Source: Bdellovibrionales bacterium (lineage in GTDB: Bacteria > Bdellovibrionota > Bdellovibrionia > Bdellovibrionales > UBA1609). Taken from it: a stretch of DNA of 64,000 nt. The notes under the pieces were generated by a model. That model worked only from the letters and a program-made list of their open reading frames with translations, did no database searches and had not been told where the DNA came from. Numbering within the stretch: the first letter of the stretch is position 1; every line of letters starts with the position of its first letter. Positions 47,965 through 57,623 of this stretch are shown here, in pieces. Where the stretch lies: contig OZ241877.1 of NCBI GenBank assembly GCA_965203095.1, forward strand, positions 1,312,001 through 1,376,000, written 5' to 3'. The position numbers and the translations under genes were made by a program.

Positions 47965-48516
47965 ATGAAATATCGATCAGTCCCTAAAACAAGTCACCAA
48001 CAGCGAAAAGGCACTTCCTTCACATTTCACAAACAAAAAAAGCCATCCAATCGTAAAAAAAAACTTGAAGTGGTTTTTTCCTTTACTGTGGTCATTATTT
48101 GTATTGCCCTTTATATAGGATTAGAAGTTTATGAAAGCGACAAATATCCAAAACTATCTCAGTTTGGCCTCAATGAGTGGTCTGTCATCTGTAAAAATGA
48201 GAATCGATCCTATTATTTGCTCTCTGATATTAATTGGAATCAGGCTGAGCTAAGTAGTCGGTATCTAAAATTTTTAAATAAAAAAAAAGAGGAACTTTAT
48301 TACACATCTTGGTTTGAAAAAAAATCTTTAGATAAAGATGGAGTTTGGCGTTTCACTTATAATCCAAAGGATATTAGAATGTTTGTTGAGAAAGATCAGA
48401 GTCAGGTTTTAAAAGGAGATGAAAAGATCTTTGAAATAGCCGAAGATTTTAACTCAATGACTGTAATCACCACAACAGAAGAAAAATTGACATTATCCTG
48501 CCAAAGGATCCAGTGA
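47965..48516 (+). CDS. Hypothetical single-TM protein
   Basis: Basic N-terminus, one TM segment, 183 aa. Confidence 0.6.
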   Translation: MKYRSVPKTSHQQRKGTSFTFHKQKKPSNRKKKLEVVFSFTVVIICIALYIGLEVYESDKYPKLSQFGLNEWSVICKNENRSYYLLSDINWNQAELSSRYLKFLNKKKEELYYTSWFEKKSLDKDGVWRFTYNPKDIRMFVEKDQSQVLKGDEKIFEIAEDFNSMTVITTTEEKLTLSCQRIQ

Positions 48517-48605
48517 CTATTTCGGTAGAAAACCAAAAATCAAAGGCTTTTGAGCGGATTTTTTCACGAACGACTAAAAAGATAGAGGTATTTAAAACAA
48601 AACAA

Positions 48606-49988
48606 TTACCTGTATTTTACAAGTGAGTTCTTTAACCAAGCGAGAGCAGATTGTTCGTCTTTTTCAATAGCCATTTCCACTGCTTTTTTACTGCTCTCTA
48701 ACAATCTTTTTGATTTTTTATGCAAATTCAGAGATTCAACAATTATTTTTTGGATATGATCTTGGTTTTCTTTTGATAAAATAGGAATCAATGTTTGTTT
48801 TATTTGTTCCGGCTTCCAATGCAGGATTACAAAACCACTAACATCTCGATTCATTTGCTCTTTTGTCATAATTGAATTGAGAATTAAAGTTAAACAGGCA
48901 CTATTGATTTTGTTTGACTTGTTCTGTAATCGGAGTATTCCACTTGAAATAATCATTTTCTCAGGCTGTTCTTTTAAATAATATGCTATGCCGGGAGAAG
49001 CATCTTTTGTTAAAAGTATTTCCTCTGTTTGTGGTTGGTGTTTTCTTATTTTAGAATATAATTGATAAGAAATATGTTTTCCTTTTATAATTTCTTTTAC
49101 TTGTAAATTGCTTACACGGACATAAGGGATACCTTCTTCAGAATATTCTGCTTTTCCCACTTCAATGCCTTTAGTCATACTCACCAAATTTCCCAAACTG
49201 TCCCAACCTCCTTTATAATTTTTGATGGCTTTAATAATCTCCTCATACTTTGGTTGAAAATACTCTGCATCTAAGCGATCAGCTCGCTTTATATCAGAAT
49301 ATGGTTTGATAAAAGTTAGCTGGTGCTTAGGCTGGTAATCTGTTAAAGCCAATTCAGAAAGCAGAATAGATTGGGCTTCTTCAAACATGGTTTTGGATTT
49401 TTTTACATAAGAAATAGCTGTTTGTATACATTGTTTTATTTTTTCTCTAAAATTTTTAGAGGGGATAAATAAAGGCATATCTAAAATGTCTCTATTGGAA
49501 ATTGCCGGATACATAGTGGCTTTATTTGCCCGCAATAAATACTGAATAAAATAATTGGTTTTACAAAAAGTAAAAAGATATTCTGGTTCTATATCTTTTG
49601 CTCTTAAAATTGAAAGACCGCTACTTCCAACAAGATCATCTCTATCAATAAAAGCCACAGCATTTCTGTTAGGCCGAACAGTGGAAATGGCAACATCACT
49701 CTTTTTTAAAATATAATGTGCTCTGTCAGGCTCTTCCCCTTGTTGAACTTGCACAGTTTCATATCCAAAACTATTGAGAGGGATTTTAGAGATTTCCAAA
49801 TACTCAAAATCTCTTTCTATAGGATTTGATTTAATGTTAGATATATTCCAAAAAACAAAATCTTTTATCCTGTTTTTATCAGGAACTAACTTGCTGTTTC
49901 TGATAAAAAGAGGGTGCCAATACTCTGCATCCATTCTCCAATCAAAAGTTTGCTGGACTTCAGATAAACAAACTATAGAATATTGCAT
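48606..49988 (-). CDS. Restriction-modification specificity (S) subunit
   Basis: Two RxDAEY-initiated TRD halves separated by a helical spacer. Confidence 0.85.
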   Translation of the reverse strand: MQYSIVCLSEVQQTFDWRMDAEYWHPLFIRNSKLVPDKNRIKDFVFWNISNIKSNPIERDFEYLEISKIPLNSFGYETVQVQQGEEPDRAHYILKKSDVAISTVRPNRNAVAFIDRDDLVGSSGLSILRAKDIEPEYLFTFCKTNYFIQYLLRANKATMYPAISNRDILDMPLFIPSKNFREKIKQCIQTAISYVKKSKTMFEEAQSILLSELALTDYQPKHQLTFIKPYSDIKRADRLDAEYFQPKYEEIIKAIKNYKGGWDSLGNLVSMTKGIEVGKAEYSEEGIPYVRVSNLQVKEIIKGKHISYQLYSKIRKHQPQTEEILLTKDASPGIAYYLKEQPEKMIISSGILRLQNKSNKINSACLTLILNSIMTKEQMNRDVSGFVILHWKPEQIKQTLIPILSKENQDHIQKIIVESLNLHKKSKRLLESSKKAVEMAIEKDEQSALAWLKNSLVKYR

Positions 49989-50116
49989 GTTTTATCCCCT
50001 CTGTTTTTAAAACCTGTTGTATTTCTGTTTTCCTAATTACAATTTTCTTTGTTGTTTTACTGATCCTATTAAAACAGAATAGAAAAAGCAAAACTTTTTC
50101 AAACAAAGTCAATAGT

Positions 50117-50273
50117 TAGTCGTCCGTGAAAAATCTGGACAAAAAATCTCATCCTCTTTTTCCTGCTTTTGTCCAAAGGCCATTCGGTGATGGTCCAAGG
50201 TATTCCCGTCCCGAAATGGAATGGTCCTTTGGACAAAAAAAGTTAAAAAACAAAGGTTTTTCACGGGCGATTA
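50117..50273 (-). repeat. Hairpin-carrying MITE-like element, copy B
   Basis: Ends TAGTCGTCCGTGAAAAA / TTTTTCACGGGCGATTA; hairpin at 50167-50238. Confidence 0.85.
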
Positions 50274-50274
50274 G

Positions 50275-52347
50275 TTAATGCCAAAAAGACAGTTTCTCTT
50301 TTTTTGCCCATTTTATAAAAGCTTCAGCAATTCCTTCCGGTAGCTCCCCACTATGGCTGTGCAAATCATGCTGAACAATCATAAGCCCGTTTTTATCTAA
50401 TTTGTATTGGCCATTATGGCCGTTTTTAAGATAGATATAATCCCCGGAATTGTCCTTCCCCCCAGAGTCAGACACAGCAAAAAATATTGGGTAATCCTCT
50501 TTTCTTGGGCAAAGAGGCCCCACCTTGGGATCCTCATTCCATTTTTGCACAAAAAGAACACTGGTTTTTGTGCCTGTATGAGGTTTAAAAGTATTACTAT
50601 GTAGGCCCACAACGGCCAAAATACGAGCCTGTTGGGAAATAAATTTTCGGACATATTTATCCGATACATTATTAAACCTTCCTTGAGGCAAAACTATAGC
50701 CATCCTACCACCGGGCTTTAAAAAATTAAGATTTCTCTCAATAAACAAAATATCACGACCCACTTGAGTTTGGCTTTTGTTGTTTTTAAAAGCCAATTCA
50801 TACTGATGCAAAATACGGCTCTCCTTAATGTCTCCAGCAAAAGGCGGATTGGCCATGAGAAGATCAAATTTAAATTTTTTGTCATCTCCCTTTTCCAGCC
50901 TCAGTTTTGCCAGCCTCTCAAAGCCTCTCCCATAAGTGTTAATCCAATTTTTGTCTTTTTCCGTTCGGTCCTTCCATCGCTCATAATCCAGGGTGTTTAA
51001 ATGCAGTATGTTGGTTTCCCCATCTCCGGCAATAAGATTTAAAGTTCTGGAAACACGAACTGCCCTTTCATCAAAATCAATGCCAAAAACTTTAAGGATA
51101 TGATTTTTATCTCTTTCGGAAATGACTGTATTGGTAAACAGACGATCTGTTGATTGGAAAATAGTATGCACCGGAAAACCACAACTTCCAGAAGCCGTGT
51201 CAATCATATACTCCTCCCTTTTTGGGTTGAGCATTAAAACGCACATATCAATTACATGACGAGGGGTAAAGTATTGGCCTTTATCCCCCTTAGCTGTTTT
51301 TATAACAAGGTATTCAAAAGCTTCATCTATCACTAAAAGGTTGGAGTTAAAAAGCTTAATGTCCTGCAAACTGGACACACATACCGCTAAGTGGCTGTCA
51401 GAAAGCTCAAACTGGGAATCTTCCGGAAAAACTCCTTTCCACTTCTCTTTTGCCTGATCAAATAAATTTTGTATTTTCTTTTTCAGATCGACATCAGTTT
51501 GCCCAGTGTTCCTAAATTCCATAATACGGAATTTTTTATCGTTCAAACCCTCAAGGCATTTTTTCAATTTGTCATAATCCCCTTTGTCCGTCTCTTTTAG
51601 ATTTTGATCAATATAATGATCTATTATCGTTTTGTTTTTTTGACTACAAAATTCATCATAGAGTTTTGTAAATATAAGCTTAAAAACCTCTTCAAAAACA
51701 TCCACCCCGGCATTGGCTAAAACTTCATCCTCCATTTCTAAAATAATGTCCTTCAATGATTTTTGCTCATTAAGGATTTTATCTTTAATCATTAAGTTTT
51801 TTAAAGTGAATCGCTCGCTCAATATGTTTTGAAGGCTTTGATTGGCTTTGGGAATATCCGTAATGTTTTCAAAATAGTTAGGGTCTTTCCGGTGGTAATA
51901 GGATATTTGCTCACCATTTGTCCATACCCCTATTGGTGCTCCCGTAGCATTGCAGTAAGATTTTAACTGAGCCTTACCTTCTGTCAGCTTGGGCTTTTTT
52001 AACTCAATAATAATATAAGGGCTGTCCGGGCGATCTTTGTCAAAAATCACAATGTCAGCACTTTTTTTCTCTCTCCCAAAATTCACAGCCTGCTCAAAAG
52101 CCAATCTCTTTTTGGGATAGCCATATTGCTCAATAAGGCGAATAGCAAACATTTGCCGGATAGCTTCTTCTGGCTTTAATTGAATGTTTTTATCCCTGAT
52201 AATGCACCGGACAAATGGCACTGGATTTTTACTTATAGTTTTGACAGTGAGCATTTTATGCAAGCGGTCAATATCCTTTTTTTTAAATAAGGATAGACGA
52301 TAGCTCTTATCTTTCAAAATGTTTTGAATCCTGTTGGCCTGTTTCAT
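50275..52347 (-). CDS. Fused restriction endonuclease / N6-adenine methyltransferase
   Basis: N-terminal HsdR_N-like PEE..RQ, ADIV..ELKK; GQYFTP, DTASGSCGF, NPPF. Confidence 0.88.
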   Translation of the reverse strand: MKQANRIQNILKDKSYRLSLFKKKDIDRLHKMLTVKTISKNPVPFVRCIIRDKNIQLKPEEAIRQMFAIRLIEQYGYPKKRLAFEQAVNFGREKKSADIVIFDKDRPDSPYIIIELKKPKLTEGKAQLKSYCNATGAPIGVWTNGEQISYYHRKDPNYFENITDIPKANQSLQNILSERFTLKNLMIKDKILNEQKSLKDIILEMEDEVLANAGVDVFEEVFKLIFTKLYDEFCSQKNKTIIDHYIDQNLKETDKGDYDKLKKCLEGLNDKKFRIMEFRNTGQTDVDLKKKIQNLFDQAKEKWKGVFPEDSQFELSDSHLAVCVSSLQDIKLFNSNLLVIDEAFEYLVIKTAKGDKGQYFTPRHVIDMCVLMLNPKREEYMIDTASGSCGFPVHTIFQSTDRLFTNTVISERDKNHILKVFGIDFDERAVRVSRTLNLIAGDGETNILHLNTLDYERWKDRTEKDKNWINTYGRGFERLAKLRLEKGDDKKFKFDLLMANPPFAGDIKESRILHQYELAFKNNKSQTQVGRDILFIERNLNFLKPGGRMAIVLPQGRFNNVSDKYVRKFISQQARILAVVGLHSNTFKPHTGTKTSVLFVQKWNEDPKVGPLCPRKEDYPIFFAVSDSGGKDNSGDYIYLKNGHNGQYKLDKNGLMIVQHDLHSHSGELPEGIAEAFIKWAKKEKLSFWH

Positions 52348-52434
52348 GTTATGCTCTCACAAGTTGAAATCACCTAAAGGCTGTTTAATATACTGTCTCA
52401 CTATGAAACTAATTGTCAATATTTAACATTATCA

Positions 52435-52633
52435 TAGTCGTCCGTGAAAAAATATTTTCTTAATGACTTTTGCCTAAAGCCAGCCCATGAGGGTCCAAGG
52501 TATTCCCGTCCCGAAATGGGCTGGCCTTTGGGCAAAGAAACTTAAAAATAGGCTTTCCTGGATTCCTGCTTTCTCAGGAGACTGGCAGGAGACTGGGGGG
52601 GCTTTTGGTCACAGGCTTTTTCACGGGTGATTA
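52435..52633 (-). repeat. Hairpin-carrying MITE-like element, copy C
   Basis: Ends TAGTCGTCCGTGAAAAA / TTTTTCACGGGTGATTA; hairpin at 52469-52536. Confidence 0.85.
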
Positions 52634-52799
52634 TCGTAATAAGATTTACTTGCCAAAGCTTTTTTCCATTTGCTAAAAACTCTAAAACTTGTATATATTG
52701 AGTGGGAGGCATTAAACCCCTTAAGCCAGATATAAAAACCAAAGCAGGCCATCTTTGGTATTTGTTGGTTTTTTGGCATTAAAGCCCTCAGGACAGATT

Positions 52800-53597
52800 A
52801 TGAAAACCAAATCCATTCCAATAGGAAATGTATCAGTAGGAGGAAACTTTTTTCATGTTTGGGCCGGCCCCTGTGCCATAGAATCGGAAGAGCAGTTTTC
52901 AAAAACCGCTTATTTTGTTCAAAAACAAGGGGGGACGGGCTTAAGAGGGGGAATTTTTAAACTGAGGACCGACCCTCAAAGTTTCCAAGGCTTAGGCCAA
53001 TCCGCTTTAAACATGGCCCGCCAAGTGAAAAATCAGGCTCAGCTTTTGTTTGTGAGCGAAATCACAGATCCTCGTCATATTGAGTTTTTAGAACCAGTAG
53101 TAGATGTTTTTCAAGTGGGGACAAGAAATATGTTTAACTACGAACTTTTAAAGGAGTTAGGGAAAAGCCCTCGCCCGGTCCTTTTAAAAAGGGCCTTTTC
53201 CGCCAAAATTGCAGAATGGTTAAAAGCTGTGGAATATCTTATTCAAGGAGGGAACGAAAACATTATTTTGTGCGAAAGGGGTATTAGAACTTTTGAACCC
53301 CAAACCCGAAACACTTTGGACCTCAATGCAGTAGCTTGGTTAAAAAGAGAGGTCAATTTTCCGGTTTTTGTTGATCCCTCTCATGGGACGGGGCAGGCGG
53401 GTTTAGTAGCTCCTATGAGTCGGGCGGCTTTGTCTGCTGGTGCGGATGGGCTTTTGATTGAAGTGCATCCAGAACCAGAAAAAGCCCTCTCCGACCCCCA
53501 ACAAGCTTTAACTTTTAATCAATTCGCCCAACTGATTGTGGAATTACGCAAAATGCTCCCGCTTTTTAACAAACAGTGGGGATCAGGAGAAAACTGA
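52800..53597 (+). CDS. aroF: DAHP synthase (type I-beta)
   Basis: AGPCAIES, KLRT, LLKR, LCERGIRTF, DPSH; ATG at 52800 preferred. Confidence 0.9.
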   Translation: MKTKSIPIGNVSVGGNFFHVWAGPCAIESEEQFSKTAYFVQKQGGTGLRGGIFKLRTDPQSFQGLGQSALNMARQVKNQAQLLFVSEITDPRHIEFLEPVVDVFQVGTRNMFNYELLKELGKSPRPVLLKRAFSAKIAEWLKAVEYLIQGGNENIILCERGIRTFEPQTRNTLDLNAVAWLKREVNFPVFVDPSHGTGQAGLVAPMSRAALSAGADGLLIEVHPEPEKALSDPQQALTFNQFAQLIVELRKMLPLFNKQWGSGEN

Positions 53598-53692
53598 GTT
53601 TTTTTGCTTGACGAGCAGGCATTTCATCCCCTTTGTTAAAAAGGCTGGCTTTAATACTGCTTTTGTGGGAAAATGCATTAGAGGAGTAGTTT

Positions 53693-55021
53693 GTGCTGAG
53701 TGCTGAATCTAAAATCAGAAAAAGTTTTTTCATCTCCACTTATGGTTGTCAGATGAATGTCCATGACAGCGAGCGGATGGCCTGCCTTTTAGAAATGGCG
53801 GGATGGGCTTTAGCCCCTCAGCCGGAAATGTCCGATCTGATTCTTATCAACTCTTGCAGTATTCGGGAAAAGCCAGTTCATAAAGTCCGTTCGGAGATAG
53901 GTCGCTACAAAAAACTCAAAAACCAAAACCCTCACTTAAAAATTGGGGTGGCAGGTTGTGTGGCTCAGCAAGAGCGTGCTCGCCTTTTAAAACAAATCCC
54001 ATTAGTGGATTTTGTTTTAGGGACAGATGCCATTGATGAGTTGCCGGAGGTGGTTTCCCAGTTGGAGACAAAAAAGAAAGTGGTCTCCGTCCGGCAAACA
54101 CCAAAACAAGCCTATCATATTCAAACCTTGATTGGAGATCCTGGAGTTTCCACTTTTGTAAATATTTCAAAAGGCTGTAATAATTTTTGCAGTTTTTGTG
54201 TGGTCCCTTTCACCCGTGGGCGGGAAGTGAGTCGCCCTAAAGCTCATTTAGTAAAGGATATTCAATCCCTTGTGCAAAGAGGGGTTCGGGAAGTGACATT
54301 ATTAGGGCAGAATGTCAATTCCTATCGCTCCCCTTGTGGGGCCAATTTTGCCCAACTCCTTCAGACTCTGGCGGAAAAAACAGATATAAAAAGAATCCGC
54401 TGGACAACGCCTCATCCCAAAGACTTCAATGAGGAGCTATTGGATATTTTACAGGAGTATAGGGATAAAATTATGGATTTTATCCATTTACCGGCCCAAT
54501 CGGGAAATACAGAAATTTTAAGACGAATGAACCGCTGTTATTCCCGTGAGGAGTATATTGCCAAAGCCCATCTCATTTTGAAAAAATTACCCGGTGCGGT
54601 TTTATCTACCGATTTGATAGTGGGTTTCCCCGGTGAGAGTGAAAAAGCCTTTAAAGACACTTTGACTTTATTAGATGAAGTGCCTTATGAGGCTATGTTT
54701 TCCTTCAAATACTCCCCTCGCCCTTTCACTAAGGCTATGGGTTTTAAAGAGGCTGTTCCGGAGGAGGTCAAATCCCGCCGTCTTGCAGAACTCAAAAAAA
54801 AGCATGAAAAGATTGCATTTTCCCTTGCCCGAAAATATAAAGATGTTGTAATGGATGTTTTGGTGGAAAAGCAAGATTTAAAAACAGGGCTTTTTATGGG
54901 CCGTTCCACAAACAATAAACTGGTTTATTTTTCCGGTGATGTGGAGGATATTGGGGAAGTTCGCCCTATAAAAATTAACCGGCCCCAGGCCCTAACCTTT
55001 TATGGAGAAAAAGTTTTATGA
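53693..55021 (+). CDS. miaB: tRNA-2-methylthio-N6-dimethylallyladenosine synthase
   Basis: TYGCQMNVHDSE, GCNNFCSFCVVPFTRG, TRAM domain. Confidence 0.95.
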   Translation: MLSAESKIRKSFFISTYGCQMNVHDSERMACLLEMAGWALAPQPEMSDLILINSCSIREKPVHKVRSEIGRYKKLKNQNPHLKIGVAGCVAQQERARLLKQIPLVDFVLGTDAIDELPEVVSQLETKKKVVSVRQTPKQAYHIQTLIGDPGVSTFVNISKGCNNFCSFCVVPFTRGREVSRPKAHLVKDIQSLVQRGVREVTLLGQNVNSYRSPCGANFAQLLQTLAEKTDIKRIRWTTPHPKDFNEELLDILQEYRDKIMDFIHLPAQSGNTEILRRMNRCYSREEYIAKAHLILKKLPGAVLSTDLIVGFPGESEKAFKDTLTLLDEVPYEAMFSFKYSPRPFTKAMGFKEAVPEEVKSRRLAELKKKHEKIAFSLARKYKDVVMDVLVEKQDLKTGLFMGRSTNNKLVYFSGDVEDIGEVRPIKINRPQALTFYGEKVL

Positions 55022-55497
55022 CAAAAAAAATCAACATTGATAAAAAGAAATGGATTGAAATTGTCCCTTATGGGATTGTGGGAGGCTTGATCCCTGACGC
55101 CTCCACTATGTTATTCAAAAAAAAGGAGGGGGAGGATCACTTTGTGGTTTGGTTTTCTGAATTGCAGAGCCGGATAGCCATTGATCAGAACTTAAATAAG
55201 GAAAAAATTTTTAGTTTTGTCCAAAAAATTCTTAAAGCCAATAACTGCCAGCCCAAATACTGTTTTTTTGTGAAAACGGAACAAGGGCGAGATGTGGTTC
55301 AGCTCTCTTTTGGCAACTCAGGCGATTGTGTAGGGCCTCTTCAATTTTATGCTGATGAAGTGGTCTCTTTTTGTATGATGAGCAATTGTCGGTTTTTTTG
55401 CACTGCTGATTTTTTTAAACAACAGACAAGAGGAGAGATCCCCAAGCGTTTTCGCAAACAATCTTTAACAGGGGATAAGCCCCTTTACCTGAACTGA
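55018..55497 (+). CDS. Hypothetical protein (possibly a divergent DUF151 bifunctional-nuclease-like protein)
   Basis: Overlaps the miaB stop by 4 nt. Confidence 0.55.
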   Translation: MTKKINIDKKKWIEIVPYGIVGGLIPDASTMLFKKKEGEDHFVVWFSELQSRIAIDQNLNKEKIFSFVQKILKANNCQPKYCFFVKTEQGRDVVQLSFGNSGDCVGPLQFYADEVVSFCMMSNCRFFCTADFFKQQTRGEIPKRFRKQSLTGDKPLYLN

Positions 55498-55512
55498 AAA
55501 ATCCCGCTCTAT

Positions 55513-56457
55513 ATGGCGAGGAGAGCAAAAAAGAAAAAATCCTTAAGTAGTAAATCCACCTCGGAAGGGACAGCCATAGTAAAAAGTCCGGTTTTACTGC
55601 CAACAGCCTTACCTCCTGTCTCTGAAGGGGGGAGTGCTTTGCAAAATTATATGGCGGGCATTTCTAAAATCCCCCTTCTGGCTAAAGAAGAGGAATATGA
55701 ACTGACAAAAATTTATTTTAAAACCAAAGATCCTGCTGTGGGAAGAGAGCTTATTCAGTCCAATTTGAGATTTGTTGTCAAAGTGGCTTTAGAATACAGC
55801 CACTTCAGCTCCAAAATAATGGATCTGATTCAAGAGGGAAATATTGGTCTCATTCGGGCGGTTCGGGAGTTTAATCCTTATAAAGGGGCCCGTTTGATCA
55901 CTTATGCAGTGTGGTGGATACGGGGCTATATTCAAGAATATTTGATGAAACATCATTCTATTGTTCGTATAGGCACTAATAAAAGGCAACAGAGGCTTTT
56001 TTATTTACTGACAAAAGAAAAGCAAAAACTGGATGAATACCCTCAGAGCCGATTACTCCCTGATCTGGCTCGACAGACCAAAAATTCCCCTCAGGAAGTG
56101 GAAAAAATGAAAGAAGTGATTTTAAAAAAAGATCTCAGTTTGGATCAGTTTATAGGCAAAACTCCTGGTAAGACTTTTTTAGATCTTCAGCCGGATGGTT
56201 CGCCTGCTATGGATGATACTTTGTCTTTAAAACAATTGGGCTTGCTTTTAAAACATTATTTAAAAAATATGGAAAAAAACTTTAATAAAAAAGAGAAAAC
56301 AATCATTAAAGATCGTTTGTTAAGAGATCCTCCAAAAACCCTTCAGGAAATAGCTGATGACTTTCATGTGACGAGGGAGGCCATCCGGCAAGTTGAAGAG
56401 CGATTGATGAAAAAGCTCAAAAAAGAGCTTGTCCCTCTTCTCAAAAAGTCCTATTGA
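55513..56457 (+). CDS. rpoH: Sigma70-family factor, RpoH/sigma32-like
   Basis: NLRFVVKVA, DLIQEGNIGL, TYAVWWIR, RpoH-box-like QQRLFY, VTREAIRQ. Confidence 0.75.
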   Translation: MARRAKKKKSLSSKSTSEGTAIVKSPVLLPTALPPVSEGGSALQNYMAGISKIPLLAKEEEYELTKIYFKTKDPAVGRELIQSNLRFVVKVALEYSHFSSKIMDLIQEGNIGLIRAVREFNPYKGARLITYAVWWIRGYIQEYLMKHHSIVRIGTNKRQQRLFYLLTKEKQKLDEYPQSRLLPDLARQTKNSPQEVEKMKEVILKKDLSLDQFIGKTPGKTFLDLQPDGSPAMDDTLSLKQLGLLLKHYLKNMEKNFNKKEKTIIKDRLLRDPPKTLQEIADDFHVTREAIRQVEERLMKKLKKELVPLLKKSY

Positions 56458-56473
56458 GTTTATATTTCTCCTA

Positions 56474-57385
56474 ATGACTGTCATTTTAACTGGAGGGACG
56501 GGCCTTATAGGGCAAGCTTTAACAAAAAAACTTGTCAAAAACCAATACAATGTCCATTGGCTCAGCCGGCGGTTGGCACCTTCGCTTTCTTCTTCTCATA
56601 AAGTGTTTTTATGGCCGGATATGACTAAAGACACCCCTCCCCTTGAGGCTTTTCCTCAAAAATATGGCTTGATTCATTTGGCTGGAGAACCCCTGTTCCA
56701 ATTCCCTTGGACAAGACAAAAGAAAAAACGATTTTTTGATTCTCGTATAAAAAGCACTCAAAGGCTTGTCCAGTTTATAAGCCAGATGGCTCATCCCCCT
56801 CAGTTTTTTTTATCGGCAAGTGCTATAGGCATTTACGGTGAAAGAGGGGATGAGAGTTTGACAGAAAATAGCCCCTCCTTAACCCCACAAAAATTATTTT
56901 TGCAAAAAGTGTGTCAAAGTTGGGAAGAGGAGGTTTTGAAGGCAAAAAATGTATGCAGAACTTTAATTTTCCGGATAGGGGTTGTTTTGTCGTATAAAAA
57001 AGGTTTTTTGTTTGAGCAAAAAAAACTCCCTTTTGCCCCTGCGGTTTTTAGTGGAGGTAGAGCTTGTTGGCTGAGTTGGATTGCTTTAGAGGATTTAGTG
57101 GATATGATTTTATGGGTTGTGGAAGATAAACAAACTTGTGGAATTTATAATGCGACAAGCCCTCATCCAGTGCTTTTAAAGGATTTTTATACTGCTATGA
57201 CTACTCAATCAAAAAGTAAAAAAATTAGTATTCCCATCCCCTTGTTTTTATTGAGAAGAGTTGGTGGGGAGATGACTAAAAATCTTTTAGTCAGTGTTAA
57301 AGCTTTTCCTGAAAAGGCTTTGTCTGAAGGCTTTGTTTTTAAGCTGGCTCAATTAGAGGAGGCTTTACAGCAAAAATCCCTTTAA
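56474..57385 (+). CDS. TIGR01777/YfcH-family NAD-dependent epimerase
   Basis: ILTGGTGLIG, IHLAGE, DSRI, SASAIGIYG. Confidence 0.88.
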   Translation: MTVILTGGTGLIGQALTKKLVKNQYNVHWLSRRLAPSLSSSHKVFLWPDMTKDTPPLEAFPQKYGLIHLAGEPLFQFPWTRQKKKRFFDSRIKSTQRLVQFISQMAHPPQFFLSASAIGIYGERGDESLTENSPSLTPQKLFLQKVCQSWEEEVLKAKNVCRTLIFRIGVVLSYKKGFLFEQKKLPFAPAVFSGGRACWLSWIALEDLVDMILWVVEDKQTCGIYNATSPHPVLLKDFYTAMTTQSKSKKISIPIPLFLLRRVGGEMTKNLLVSVKAFPEKALSEGFVFKLAQLEEALQQKSL

Positions 57386-57386
57386 A

Positions 57387-57603
57387 AGTCATTCCTGTAT
57401 GTGTTCGCTATTTCGCTGACAAAATTTATTTGAGTTTCTTTGTCCAAAGACCCGCCTCATTTCGGGACGGCAATACCTTGGATCCTCATGGGGCGGGCTT
57501 TGGACAAAAACACATAGACTTTGTTAAAAAAACATTCATTTCTGCTTTTGCGGGAGCCCAAAAGTTTGGGGGACTTTTGGGCAAGGTTTTTCATAGGCGA
57601 CTA
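57387..57603 (+). repeat. Hairpin-carrying mosaic element, copy D
   Basis: 42-bp module, hairpin at 57439-57508, end TTTTTCATAGGCGACTA. Confidence 0.8.
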
Positions 57604-57623
57604 CTTAATAGATCAAGAGGCTT

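Noticed and set aside
52469..52536. Hammerhead ribozyme in the conserved hairpin (ATGAG...CGAAA on one strand)
   Set aside because: No CTGATGA core or three-stem junction, and copy B alters the motif
36377..52633. Integrative element or prophage at tRNA-Ala
   Set aside because: No integrase, phage genes or repeated tRNA 3' end (att) seen by eye
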